A stretch of DNA of 63,604 nucleotides, counting the filler, from Sluysia triapertura (Eukaryota): the NCBI GenBank assembly GCA_046118255.1. It is 5 parts of 5 records of this genome, joined end to end, with 100 filler letters (N's around TTAATTAATTAA, not from the genome) between each part and the next. Parts side by side here need not be neighbours in the genome. Positions count along the whole stretch, not along the records: positions 11,486 to 22,835 come from JBJNIA010185668.1; positions 22,936 to 36,829 come from JBJNIA010015532.1; 3 more parts are not named here. One strand, given 5' to 3'. Made by a program: the position numbers and the translations under genes. The notes below the pieces were generated by a model. It was not told the origin of the DNA, ran no database searches, and saw only the letters and a program-made list of their open reading frames with translations. Shown here piece after piece: positions 13,523 through 27,500 of the stretch. Position 1 is the stretch's first letter; each line of letters opens with the position of its first letter.

Positions 13523-16500
13523 ATAATACTTTTACATTAAAAAGAATTTTTACCTACGGTCATGATAATTTGCTATGTTATAATGTTGTCTCACATTATA
13601 ATTAGAAACACATTTATTCATGCATTTAATCATTAATGTATTCCTAATAATTTAAATCTCCCAATTCATTATCAAGACGAAACTTGTAAGTTATATCTCG
13701 TTAAATATTATTCACGAACGTTTAATTTTAATTTCATGAAAACTACATATTTTTCTAATTATAACTAAGATAGTAAAATTATAAAGTATTTCTCGTTTAC
13801 ATAAGATAAAGGTCATATTGAAAATATGTTATTAGTAATTTTTATTCATTACATTAAATGTCAGTTATTTAATGTCAAATAATAAAATAATCGTTAATCT
13901 AAATAATGAAATTAATATGAATGTTTTTGTAAAAAAATGAATTTAATCTTTAAAATATGCAATATAATTTTGAATATTTTAACGTGTCACATACGTATTT
14001 AAAACGTACACAAAATTTTCAAATTTATTATTATCATTATTATTTTTTTTTATTTATCCTGAACTTTGTTATAACCTTAATTATCACTGTAGTTATCATC
14101 ATCGCTATTTGTGGTGACTCAACTTAAACATAAGATTATTGTATAAAAATTGCACAAATATCTCATAATTAACAAAATACATAGAAAATCTCTAATTTTA
14201 ACAATTATAAGTCATCATATTCACTTCGTCATCACATATTTGTAAATCTTGAAATATTTTAGTTGCATTCTTTGTTCAAAGTGTATTAAACTTTCAACAT
14301 TTAACATTATTCATCAATACATTATGTGTTTCAAATTCTGTTCAACCATTTAATTCACAACGTTATTCATTAAACTATTTAATTATAATTAATTAATTAA
14401 TTATTAAGTTTCAGAACCTTAAGTTATTATTACTCTAATTTCATTAACAACAATAATATTAATATAATAATAATTTTAATTTAATAATAATTTTAATTTA
14501 ATAATAATAATAATAAATTTTCTTATTGAAATTGGCAAAAATTCAATCTTTAAATGATTACGTAATCACTGTTGTCAATTCATAAAATAAACAGATGCAA
14601 TCTAGTGACTACATTGCCATACCAATGAAATGTGAATTAGCTGCAATAGCTGGCAATCATATTCCATTGAAGCAAATGCGCAATACTTATAAAATTCTTT
14701 TTTAGTGGAAAAAATACAGAAAGTAAAAAGATATATTTTGCTTATCTATTAGTTGGCGGAAAAATAATCTGATTACAATGTGGAAAAATATATTAATTAA
14801 AATAAAAATTAAATTTTATTCAAAATTTTATAATGTTCGGTTTTACTGCTACCTAAACAATTATGAAAAATTTTAAGTTTATATTTTGGGTTCGCCTACG
14901 TCAATCGTTTTACCTAAAATGGACGAGTGCGTAGGATTTTAAAGCTGTGAAAATACTAGCGTAAGAGTATTCTGATTTCTGCGTAGCTTTGTATCTAATT
15001 TCTTTAACTAAGATTCCTATAAATATGTCTTCAATTATATACCTCTTCTTCTTATATTTAAATCTTATCTTTAAATTAATTAATAAAATTTCTTTAAATT
15101 CTTAAACAATAATTAAAATACTAATGTAAAGGTGATACTTGGTTCAATATTATATGTAAGTTTATATTTAACAGTTTTGTTAACTTATACAGAATCTTTA
15201 CCTAAAATTCTTTTTATTAACGGTTCTCCTTTAAATTCTAAAATCAAAATTTTCCTGAAATCCTTTTCAATTCTTATAGCTTTATTTTGTGTCTATTTGT
15301 TACTTCAAAAAATAAAAGAAACGATAAATTGTGAATTTTTTATTAATAACAAGATAACTAACACAATTACAATATAATGCAAAAGGTTCAACTAAATACA
15401 AAACTTTAAATATCAAAAGAATAAAAACTTTAATAATCGAGACAGATTATAATACACTAAGAATTTGGGCTAATAAAATTATAACTTTAGACGGTATGGA
15501 TAAAATAATATAATCAACACAAGTTTTAATAACAACTGAAAACTTTGAATCGTCAATAAAATTTTATTATAATATTAATAAATAATTTAGTATGTTAAGT
15601 CGATTTTGACTCAGGATTTTTAATCGTGAGTATCTAATATTCGTAAATAAAATTTAAGTTGAATTTAAGACCGTTTTAAGTAATCGGGTCTGTGACTTAC
15701 AATAAAAAGCTTACTAAATCGAGCACGAAAATTCTGCTTGAAAGAATGGTAATTCAGCAAATTGAGCGGTTGTGGTAAATCTAAAATCGGTTCCAAATAA
15801 CTTAATTGTTTCAGTAATTGAATGCTCCAATTAACAAATTGAATTGATTTAATAACCAAATCCGATTGAAAAAACAGTAATCCAGCAAATTGAGTAATCT
15901 AATGACCAAAAGTTCTAACCAAATTGACAATGGGATATAAATAGTTGACGATTGAGTACTCCGACGACTTTCCAAATAGAATTTTTCTTTACTTTTATAC
16001 TTTTTTAAAATATCCGTAGTTTATCAAATATCCGAAAAAATATCAATAATTTCCGAAAAATAATAGTGCATAATAATTAATATTCGTAATTTATGAAATA
16101 ATTATCGTAATGATTAATTGATAAGATTCGTAATTATAAATATCCGTTTTGATTATCGTAATAAACTAAAATTAATAAAATAAACTTTTAAACGTAATTA
16201 TAAATATCCGTTTTGATTATTATAAACTAATTTCGATAACTTCCTTTTTATAATCATAATAAACTTTTTTAAACTTTAATCTTTTGATAATTTTTTAATT
16301 AAATTAAATTTAAAATTAAATTTTAAGATTTTTCTAAAATTATTATAAAAATTATTATAGATATTACTATTTACAAAAATTTTTTACAAAAGTTATTATA
16401 GATATTTTTATTTACAATAACCTTTGTGAATGTAGTGTGTTACATCTAGTGCTCCTACAAATTCTGATGTAAAAGTGATGTATTCATTATGAGATTTGAT

Positions 16501-17429
16501 GATTGCATTGATGTGGTTCATGAATGTTACCAGACAAATTTGACAATTTCGAAAAATATAAGAAAAAAAATTAAAATAATTAAACAATTATATAAATAAG
16601 TACATAAGTTAGTAATTAATAATTCCTTATTTAACATTCTAATGTGATAAGGCTAAGTTATTAACTGTAGAGAAAATAGATAAAGTAATAAGTTTTGTCG
16701 ATAAGAAACATAAGTTATGGATAAAAAACCAATGAAAACAAGATCTTAATCACACTTTTAATATGCTTAGATATATTAGTAAATAACAAGACGTTGAATA
16801 ATGCTATACTTATGCCGTGATTGCTATAAATAAGACTAATGATATTAAGGCATTCGATTATAGATAGGTTTGGCATGAGTCAAGGCTAAACAGAGTAATA
16901 ATTAAAAACAACAAAATACTAAATATTTATCAGGAAAGTAATTTAGTAAATGTATTAGTAAAAGGCCAGGTGTAATTTGATATTTGATAGTCACTTATCA
17001 ATAAGAGATATTTCAACCAGCTTAAAATCTTTTAAAATACTACCTAATAATTGTATAGATGCTTTCGAAACCGTACATATAATTTTAAATAAAAGAAATA
17101 AACTAAAAATTAAAATAAATAAAAGATAATTTACAATATAATTTAAGGACCATTAATAATGCATTATTTTACGGAACATGTGAAAGAGCCTTTATAGAAT
17201 GTGAAACCTCTCTAAATACATTATGACAAATTTAGGGTAGTTTCATATTTTTAGGACAATTTTTCTCGAGGCCGAATGACATACAAATTATTATTAAGGT
17301 AATAGCATTAATTAATTCTTCAATATTTTCTGTTGTAAGAATCTGAAAAATATAAGGATTAACTTGGAAATTAATAATATGACTGTGAAATTATGTGGTT
17401 GGGAAACAGTACAATATTAATTAACAAGG

Positions 17430-17479
17430 GAGTTCACTTGCGATAATAGTCTTACGTATTTCGGCTAGTCCGTAGGATT
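17430..17479 (+). repeat. Dispersed repeat core, copy 2
   Basis: Direct sequence similarity to 11087-11138, including the shared GGCTAGTCCGTAGGATT. Confidence 0.6.
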
Positions 17480-19943
17480 TTTAATAATTCGTAACTATTA
17501 GAAGTTTTCTAATAATTTATTTTAACTTTAAGTGTTAAAAAATTTTCTAATCTAATGTAGTTCCTTAGTTAATTGGAACTAGAATTTCAATGAGACCTTT
17601 AAAGTTTAAAAGTATTCCAATGAATTTGATTGCAATTTTATTTTTACTATTTCACTTTGCTCAAGTTCTCTACTTAAAGGGAACCAATAATATCTTATTA
17701 AAATTTTACTCAGATTCCTTATTAAATAGAATTGACAAATGAATGATTATGAAAAATTTAGTATGGTTCTTTAATTAAACAGAACCGTAAAATCTTTTTC
17801 TAATCTTTTGTTATACTGTTTAAATTCTTCTTATGTTTTCTTTAAAAAATTACAAAACACATGATTAAATAAACATTTATTATGAAAAATGTGAATATTT
17901 ATTACAAATGATAATAAAAAATTTAATTAAAAATATAGAGTATAAAATTTTATAAGAGTTTCCTTTAAATACGAAAATCTTTCGTAATTAAAATTAGAAA
18001 ATAAATTTTATCTGGCTATCAATTTAAACGATATCGAATAAATTAAAGAAAAGATTTTAAGTGGATTTTATTTTGCAAACATTTTAAGCGCTTGCTTAAA
18101 AAACTATAATATAGAAGACTTTTAATATTTGTTATAAATAGATTTTATGAAGATTTTGAAGTTATCTTTAAAAAGCTTTAAAAAAGTAAATGATTTTGAG
18201 TATGCATTTATTCCTTTCTTAAAAAGGATTGAAAAGCTTCGTTGAGGTTCTAATTAATGTTGCAATTATTCGATAATATTCCGTGTTAGGATCTGCGAAC
18301 ACCTAAATGAGTATATAAAAATTATCGCAATTAAGTTATCGTTATCGCAGTCGTTGTATTTGTTTTTCTTTTAATTGACTTTAGCAACAATTTCATTTAG
18401 CAACAATTATATTTGCAAAACAATCACTTGATGTGATTAAAACAATTAAAATATTTATTTTTCGAATAACTACTAAGGTAATTATTTTATAAACAATTAT
18501 AATTTGCGATGTTAGATAACTGTATTATTTCGATTACAATAATTATTTTTAATGATCAAATAGAGGATCACATATCATTCTCACAAAATTGACCTTAATT
18601 TATTTATAGTTTCAACGCTAAAAATAATTATTTTACATCTCATTTTCTATATTCTATCGCCTAATATAGATATCTCAACTTATTTAATTGGTTCTTGTCT
18701 ATAAATTAATTTGAACTACAAATTGATTTCCCGGTTTGCTTCTACTGACAGAACTTTCAATATTGTCCGTTTAGCTTTATGAACGGACTAATTTTATGAA
18801 CGGAATCACATAAATCTGTCAATAAACAAGCCTTAGATATCAATAATTATGCATATAAAATACTAATAGTTTTTTTCACATTTTTTATGTTTGCTTAGTT
18901 CAACCTATCTCGTTTTTGTTTTTAATTCAATTTTATTACTTCAGTTAATAATAAAACTGAATTATTTTTAATAAAAATGGAAAAATTAGTCAATTAAAGC
19001 AAAAAACTAAAACAATGCTTTTTTACAAATTTTCAGTCTCTCAACTATTTAATAATTTGTATTATTTTAATTTCAAATTCTGAATACATTTTAAATCATT
19101 GTTTTTATAACAATATTTTAGACTAATTTGTTATAATTTAAAAGAAATTAAAATCTTTTTAATTATATTATTTTAATTTAATACATTTTTAAATTAGTAG
19201 CTTAATAAATTAGAGTTAAATAAATAAAAATATTACATATTTAACAAATAAGTTAAATTTTTAAATACAGTAATTTATATATTTTTTCTATATTTTAGAT
19301 ATAACTTTCGAATCTTGATTACAATTTTTCATTAATTTAACAGTAATTTAAATTTCTGTAAAAATGATATCAAAAATTTATTCAAGTACTTTGAGTGACC
19401 GATGAAATTTTGCAAAAGTGTAGTTTGCAATTAATAAAATATGAACAAGGACAACTGAAAGAATAATGCTTCTTCATATTTTGAAAACAATAGTTAGATT
19501 TTTAAAAATCTATTTAAACGAAACTAAGTATAAAATGTGAAAGTTTACAACGATGAAAATAAAAATGATTTTAAACATTTTGATATCATTTTTACATAAC
19601 AATATAAAATTAACGTTTATTGTTTATGCTTATTGTTTATTGTTTATTGTTTGTATATGATCACTATTTAATTGCATTCAATATATTCTAAACTGTCTCT
19701 AAATTTATTGTTTGATAAAATTATAGCTTTTTCCTTTTCTATCTCAAAAACCACATTTCTCTGCATTTAACTATTTAAAATGAACTATTTAAAAATACCA
19801 AATTTTTTAAAATTAAAACATTAAATTATAGAGTTAATAATTAAAATATTGATATTAAAAAATATTTATTTACTTAGCAAAATTAAATTTATTACTCTAC
19901 TTGAACAAAAAATGAAGTTATTTAATTTATACAATTATTATGA

Positions 19944-19979
<36 letters not shown>
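19944..19979. repeat. (AAT)n microsatellite
   Basis: Perfect trinucleotide run. Confidence 0.9.
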
Positions 19980-22835
19980 TAAAAAATGAATTCCAAAATA
20001 TGAGAATAATATATAGAAAATAAAATAAATAATTAATATTAATTTAATCATTTTTTAAAAATTTTATGTATAACATTGTTTAAGTAAATTATTTATTTTT
20101 ATTAATAAAACAATATTATTTTAACCTTCCATTAAAATATATTTTGAGGTTTTTTTTATATAAATCAAAGAAATTTATCAATAAAAAAATTTAAAAGCAT
20201 AAATTAAAATTGTCACATTTATTACAAATAAACTTCGTATTTTTAACATATACGTTTTGGCATTTTGAATAGCAGTAAATTATTTTAGTATTTTTTCCTC
20301 TAGAACACACGGTGATGCTCTTCTTCAATGTCACTATTGACTTTTCTATGTTGTTCATTAAAAAGTATTGATTTTTAAATAATGATTCTATTTTTTATGA
20401 GTTTTTTTTTTGAAATTCTTTATATTATCAGTGCACTGTAAGTAGTGGTATCTAAGATGTTATAAAGTATCACAAAATATATATTAAATAAAATATGTTA
20501 TAAAATAAAATATTATGACAATAATGAAATCGGTTAATGTATCAATTCCTTATAAAAGCGATTCAGAAGCACATTTTCGTGCACAGAATTAGGAAAAAAT
20601 CAAATGAAATTCTACAATCAGAAAATTTCTGTTTTTTCACTTAGTTTTAGTCAAGGCTGTCTTTTTAAGTATAAATATTTCCCAAAAATTATTTGTTGTT
20701 ACTGTTTATCCGGATAATAAATCTCGAATAATACTTCCTGGTACTGTAATATTATATGTTTTAGAAGTTATTTGTCCTCGTGTTAAATAATTTAGAAAAA
20801 AATTTAAATGTTTTAAAAAACCCTTACATCCACCTTTTTGTAGAAGAATTAAATTATAACTAAATGAAATTATATTTTATAATTTATAAAATACAATTTT
20901 AATACATAAAAAATGTAATTTTTTGAAAATATTTTCGATACATTTCAAATGATATCAAATATTGTTTGAAGCATAAAATGTCTACAAATTTAATGAAGAT
21001 TACTTAAAATAAATAAATTTAAAGACTATGTTTAATTAATACATAATAGATCAACAATATTTTTATCACTCTAAAAAATATGATATCTCTTTAATCATCG
21101 TTCAATGAAATAAAAATCAAAATATTATAAATTCTAAAAATGAATTATGCAATTTTTTAACATTAAGATGATTGTGCATAAGTTAAATGAATCTACATTT
21201 AAATGTTATACTAAAGTTTGTAATACTGTTAGATTTTCATCACAACCTTTGAAAAAAATGATAATGTATTAATAATAATAAAATAATATTGCTTAGAAAG
21301 ATACTAAGTTAATACTGGTAGTAAATAGATAATTAGAAAATAATGATTATAAAAAATAGTAATATTAATATTGCAGAGAAAAAAATACTGATTCCGTTTT
21401 ACAATAACTTCATAAATTTTGTTGAAAATTGAAAAATTTTGTCTGTAATTGTAATAAAATGGTATCCGCCATTTATTTGAAAGGTTATTTTTAATTTAGT
21501 AAGTTAATAATTATAAGGATTATTGACAAACCATAAAATCAACGTAAAATCTGTTTTTAACTGTTGACCGATTTAATGAAGTTTAGTCTTATCACTCGTC
21601 TGTATTCTATCAAATTTTGTTTTCTATATCTCTTTTGAATTAATGATTAATTAACTTTTTAAAGTTATTTGTTTTATTTTTTGAATAAATCCAAAGTGAA
21701 TTAACTTGAGAAGACATTGAAACACTCCAAAAAATTGTTGAACTAAAATAAAACTAAATTTAAATAATATTAATAGATAAAATTATACTTATTATTATTA
21801 TTATTATTGCACATCTTACATAATCGTTTCCGTAGCTACTCTGTTTTAAGTCGTTGGTTTTAGTGGAACCTATTGAGTAAACTCATTTTGCTCTCGTATA
21901 CAATTTTAAGTAAACACAAGCAATATTTTTCAACAATATAACAGTAAAAAATACTCATTTGGTGATGAATCTAAATAATTAATTTTGTTGCTTTCAAATC
22001 TGCGGTTTAAGTCTATACATTTAAGTCTATATAAACATTTCTTTGTTACCATTGAAATTCAACTCTATTTACACGACTAGGATAAGCTAGTCTTAAACTA
22101 TTTAACCTTAATCTTTTATAAACTCTAACTGTATTCATTAGCTATAATAAATCTAGCTTCAATATTATTTTATTATTTTATTTTATTGTAAATCGAATTG
22201 AGTTTTGTTAATAGTATTTATTTCAATTTTTTAATAATAAAAATTGCAATTGTTTAAAGTTTTAATTTATTGAATTAAATAAGATGTTTAAGTCGTCCAA
22301 TAAGATCCATTACAATTGTTAAATCCTGTAAAATTTAATAACATTTTGCGTTAAGGTTAAGTTAAAATAAAAACCTAGCAAATTAAATTACATAAATAAA
22401 ATTGTTAAAAAATTAAATTCGAAAATTAAAATATTTTTCAAATAAGAAAATGTAGAGAAACTATTCATAGTGTATAAATAAAATTTTTATTAGTTAAAAA
22501 TTAATGCATTTTTATTTTTCAGATTTTTATAACGTTCAAAAAATACTTTAAATTATGAAAGTATTATTCGAATTTCTATAACAATTAATTTATAACAAAT
22601 TCTCTAAATGTCGACAACAGAGGAATTGTAAAGATAGATGTGAATGTTTAAGTAGAAGTCAAAAATTAACCAGTAAAATATTGTATAATTGACTATAATT
22701 AAAATAGCCATTATCGGAAGATATCAAAAAATCTTTTGTCAGAATGAACCGTTTCATTATCATTTATAGCTTAATATTGTATCATAAAACCACTACATGT
22801 TACTTCTCATAAATATATTTTCTATTTATATAAAT

Positions 22836-22935
22836 NNNNNNNNNNNNNNNNNNNNNNNNNNNNNNNNNNNNNNNNNNNNTTAATTAATTAANNNNNNNNN
22901 NNNNNNNNNNNNNNNNNNNNNNNNNNNNNNNNNNN
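22836..22935. other. Assembly gap with TTAATTAATTAA linker
   Basis: N run with linker. Confidence 0.97.
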
Positions 22936-23220
22936 TATATATGCAATGGTTTATGATAAAAGCTACACTTGCAAAATAAGTCTGAAGGTGAATTCGCCTA
23001 ACAGATACGACATAAATCTAATTCAAGTCGGTCTATTAAGATTTATCAAAAAGAGTAAGTTATTGAATCTTACAAACATCTTTTATGCGATACTCTTAGA
23101 TCAATAGAAGCTACATAATCTTCCTTACAAAGATAACATACTAATGTTTTTAGATTAATATCTCAATAAATTATATTAAACTAGGCAATTATGGTCTAGT
23201 CGTGTGTTTTATATTTATGA

Positions 23221-23559
23221 TTTATATTTTATTTTATTAATTATATTTAAAAATTTTCAAGATCGTAAATTATTATAAAAATTATTTCGTCGACGATTCG
23301 GATACCACAGAATCGAGTGATGTCGGAGCTGCAGTCGATCTGGACGATTGATCTACTAACTACGTGACTGATTATTTAAACACTAACAATGTTTTATCTT
23401 ACTCTACGTTTTATGATTATTTTTTTATGATTAGAGGACAAATCTCTCTGTGATGGTATGTGTTGGTAAGGGTATAAAGTTTTATTTTTATGTTTTATAT
23501 TTTATTTTATTAATTATATTTAAAAATTTTCAAGACTGTAAATTATTATAAAAATTATT
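23221..23559. repeat. 66-bp direct repeats (23221-23286, 23494-23559) flanking a 207-bp insert
   Basis: The two copies differ at only two adjacent positions (GATCGT vs GACTGT). Confidence 0.85.
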
Positions 23560-24020
23560 AAAAAATTACAAAAACTTATTCTTCTTATTATTCTTTAAAA
23601 AATTATAAATATTATAATTAAAATTAAATTATGAAAATTTAATCACTAAAAAAGAATGCTCTAGATCAAAATGTTTTACTAAATCAAAATTATAAATACG
23701 TATTTTTATGCTCTCGAGACTATATAAACAAAGAGCATCAGATCCACCATTTTGCAACTTCTATTTACTAGTGTTGTGGCCATCTTAATTTTAGCGACCA
23801 TATTAATTCAATTACATTTTGACGGTTTCTGTTTTGGTTTCCAACAGCTCCATCAATTCAAATATTTATCTTGATCTCGCGTCTACGATTAGAGAAATCA
23901 CAAATTCCAGTTACCTTCGATCTATCTAAATATTCGCCAAAAACACATTGTGACTTCCAGCATTCGATCACAATTATTAATTCTTTTATACATTAAGTAG
24001 TAAGTTTATTTTAAATAATT

Positions 24021-24194
24021 TGTAGACTCGCAAGAGTTAAAATATTGACGTAAATTACTTAATTTTCAGTTAGCATTAAGGCCAATTATAAAATAACACT
24101 AAAATATAAAATCACTATCTTTTAGTTGGCCCTTAAGGTCAATTATAAAATAGCTATAGATAGATCGAGTCTTCGGGCTGGGTCTCTTGTTACA
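24021..24194. mobile_element. 174-bp TG...CA element (solo-LTR or MITE-like)
   Basis: It begins TGTAGACTCGCAAGAG and ends CTCTTGTTACA, is flanked on both sides by AATAATT, and contains an internal direct repeat TAAGG(C/T)CAATTATAAAATA. Confidence 0.4.
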
Positions 24195-24439
24195 AATAAT
24201 TTAGTATCGATATTATATTATTATTATTGTTTTTTTGATATTAATCATAGTATAGAATTAACAATTTTGTTTTGGTTTTGTATAATATATTTTTGTAATA
24301 TTTGTTAATTTTAATATAAGGATTGAATATTCCATGATAATTAAGATTACGAGAAAAATTTAGTTGAAATGATATTCTACTGAAATATATTGATAATCTT
24401 TAGGAGAATTAATCACTTTCTTTGACATAATATTCAGAT

Positions 24440-25320
24440 AAAGTTATATTTAAACTTAGATGCAAACGCACGCGTTGGTCACTTTTATCATTGCATTTTA
24501 TGAGTTATTTACGATACTTATCTGACAACATTACCGACAATTTTGTTCTCTATTGTTTATGTTGAAGTAAGAAGTATTTTTGTATTCTTGACCTTTAGGT
24601 TTACCTTATTTACATGTACGCCAGTAGTAAGTCGTATGCTGTAAACGGACTCTGAATAATAATTTATTCTGCTGTTAGGTAAGTCTTTTAAAAGAAAAAA
24701 CCCGTTTGGTAATGTTGATATTGATTGAAGGTTTATTTTTATGTTTAGATCTTGTTTTAAGAAATTTTCTAAGTTTAGAAAGGGATTATTCTTTAATTTA
24801 TTTAATATGTAGTTTAAATTATCTTTGGCAATTAATTCACAATTTGAAATGACTTTATGAAATACGTTAAACAAGATACAAAATAACTTAACTATAAAAT
24901 GTTTATTATAAAATTGGCGATTTATATTTATAATATATATACGTTCTGATATCTGAAAAAATTTAGAAAAATGATCAATGTTGTTTAAAATTACATTGGA
25001 TTTTACATTAAGATCATTGATTGAGACTTGTCGAGCCACGGAGTTTAGACTTTCATATAGTTCAATGATTTGGCTATCACTCATAGTATGTACATATTTA
25101 CATCTATGGCCATACTTTAAGAAAACTCCTGATTCGTTTGAAGAAAAAGGACATAAGGCGATGTCACTGTATTGATGAGAAAAGATATCAATTTTGTAAT
25201 TTTTTTGTGCACAATTAATTTAAGTTTATTGTCAGTGACATCGAATGGTTGGATCACTTTAAAATCTTTATTCTGTCTATTTATGAAAACTTGATCAGGG
25301 TGCTGTCTTTGTTATGATCT
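24440..25320 (-). pseudogene. Intronless decayed ORF with a degenerate CCCH-like zinc finger
   Basis: The 175-aa ORF 24557-25084 extends upstream in frame through CPFSSNESGVFLKYGHRCKYVH, and further upstream across a frameshift in an A run. Several in-frame TAA codons follow downstream. Confidence 0.4.
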
Positions 25321-25529
25321 AGGATCGAACTATTAAACACAGTATTATGTTTAAATAAATTATCAAAATAAATATTTTTATAAAACTTTAAATAATAATT
25401 AATTGGTAGTCTAACTAAAGTTTTATCATGATCTTGTTTATGTGTTTACGTCTTCATGATCAGATTGATAGTGTATGTAGCAGCTCGTAGGTAGTTGGAC
25501 CAAACCTTTATCATCATCTCGTTCCTATG

Positions 25530-25780
25530 TTAAGTAATATATCGATAGTTGAATTCATTTTTATGATCGGTTTGATAATTCGCATAACGACTCGTACATT
25601 GTTCGATGGACTCATTATTATCGTCTTGGTTATGCACTAAATAACTCAAAAATAGTTTAATTACATCTTTACAATTGTGATGATCAAATACTAAATGGCT
25701 CAACAATAGTTTAATTATATCTTTATGATTAACTTGATCAAGTACTAAGTAATTCAGAGACAATTTATTTACATCATCAT
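25530..25780 (-). repeat. Degenerate ~57-bp tandem repeat with coding periodicity
   Basis: The translation shows ~19-aa units: NYLVLDQVNHKDIIKLLL / SHLVFDHHNCKDVIKLFL / SYLVHNQDDNNESIEQCT. Confidence 0.55.
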
Positions 25781-26289
25781 ATTGTCTTTAACATCATTGT
25801 TATTGTTATAGCATTCAATATCAAAGTGATTGACTTTAAATTCATCTTCACGAGTATAATAGTTAGAGTCATACAGCATTTTAAAATAGACATAATTTTT
25901 TTGAAATTGTTTTTAAAAATTAATTTTCGAAACAATCACCAAATTTTTTGTGCCAAAAAATTATTTTTTGTGTTATTTGTTTTTATTGGTTGTCCGACCG
26001 GAGATGTATGAAAATAATGATGAAACTTGCTCTGGTTGGACAGCCACTGATAATCATTATTGCTTAATTTATTGATAGATGTAATTAACTATCACTATCT
26101 ATCAATAGTGACATTAAACCAACATGTGACAGATACCAAATAATAATAATTTTAATGTTATTATTATTATTTTAATATAATCTACATAAATCTTTTAACT
26201 TAAAGAACATGAACTTTCTTTCCTTAATGTTGTAGTATTTCTCAACATATTTAAAATTCGATTTCTTAGTTTACAGAAGTTAATTGTCT

Positions 26290-26901
26290 TAGGTTGAATG
26301 TTAAGATTTTATGAACGTATGGTGTTACAAACTATTGTTACGTGTTTACAATGAGATTTTATAGTGTAGTGTGATTCTAATGTTATAAGACCATGAGTAG
26401 AACGTTTTAATATAATTTTAAATGTTGTTTAATGTTTCTTACTGAAGATGTATTTGGATGTAAAAGGTTATAACTTAAGTATTTTGAAATAATTTAAATG
26501 TTAAAATATAATTTATTTTCTTGATATATTTGAGTAATATTGTCTTCTATGCTGTTTGGGATTAAATGACCACAGATCATGAATTTAGCATGTTTGGATT
26601 GCTTTGAAGTAATGAATGAAATATTTTGATGAATTTTTTAATATAAACTGATGGTTTTGAATGTCATTGTGATTTGTGTGTTATGAGACTGTGGATGTGA
26701 ATTAATTTTAACGGGTGAAAATGTTTTAGTGGATATAAAGGAAATAAATATGGGAATGTTAATATGTTAGAGAATGTGGTTTTATATACAATGTGTTGAT
26801 TTAATTTGATATTGTTTTATGTTGGTTATTTGACGTAAATTGTAGCTTTTGAGAGTGTACGTGATTTTGATAAAACTTATTAATAGTTAAAGGTTGCCCA
26901 C
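26290..26901 (-). mobile_element. A/C-rich LINE-like relic (candidate APE endonuclease region), left member of an inverted pair
   Basis: Strong strand skew. The minus strand gives KFMICGH(fs)N, resembling the APE motif IIxGDFN. Boundary motif AAGGTTGCCCAC is shared with 50530 and 62854. Confidence 0.4.
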
Positions 26902-27019
26902 CAAATAGATGATTATATTTGGTGATCTAAAAACATGTGGATGAAGAATGAATTTAATGAAATAGGATACGATATAGCGATTACGTCGTTGTGGTGACGA
27001 ATAATTTGAAATTTCATAT

Positions 27020-27500
27020 CAACAATATATAACAAATCACTTTTCAGAATATTTCATAATTCTTAATACCTCCAAACATTCTAGACATAAAATTTCATAA
27101 TATCAAAATCATATTCAAATATATACTTAAAAATTAATTCAAAACATTGTAACATTTCGCAGATAAAAACCACATTTCATAACATTTTACCATTTTTTTC
27201 ATATTTTATTTTTTTCACATCCACTAAAACTATTTTTATACATCAAAACATTTCAAAGTTATAATATGTCAACATCCAAACCATAATTTCATTCAAAACC
27301 ATCAATGTACATTTTAAAACACTTTTAAACATTTATTCATTATCCTGTAACATTAGAACCACAATTATATCTTAAGTCATTAAATATCTATTTCAATATT
27401 AATCCAAAACTCTTCAATTTCGCAACCTTTTAACACTCAATCATTAACTTCAATGAAAAACGTCAAATTAAACCAATTTAACATTCCTAGCAAAACGGAA
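27020..27500 (+). mobile_element. A/C-rich LINE-like relic, right member of the inverted pair
   Basis: The reverse complement of 27165-27390 aligns to 26560-26790 (shared GTTTTAGTGGAT, AATGTGGTTTT and TGATGGTTTTGAATG). Confidence 0.5.

Noticed and set aside
15690-16420. Short repeats with spacers resembling a CRISPR-like array (CAGCAAATTGAG; AATTATAAATATCCGTTTTGATTAT twice)
   Set aside because: Eukaryotic context, irregular spacing, few degenerate copies and no cas genes; ordinary TE-internal tandem repeats.
24440-24560. Multiple in-frame TAA codons suggesting an alternative genetic code
   Set aside because: SPS and the PH exon end in TAA at the expected positions, and intact exons contain no internal TAA/TAG; these are pseudogene stops.
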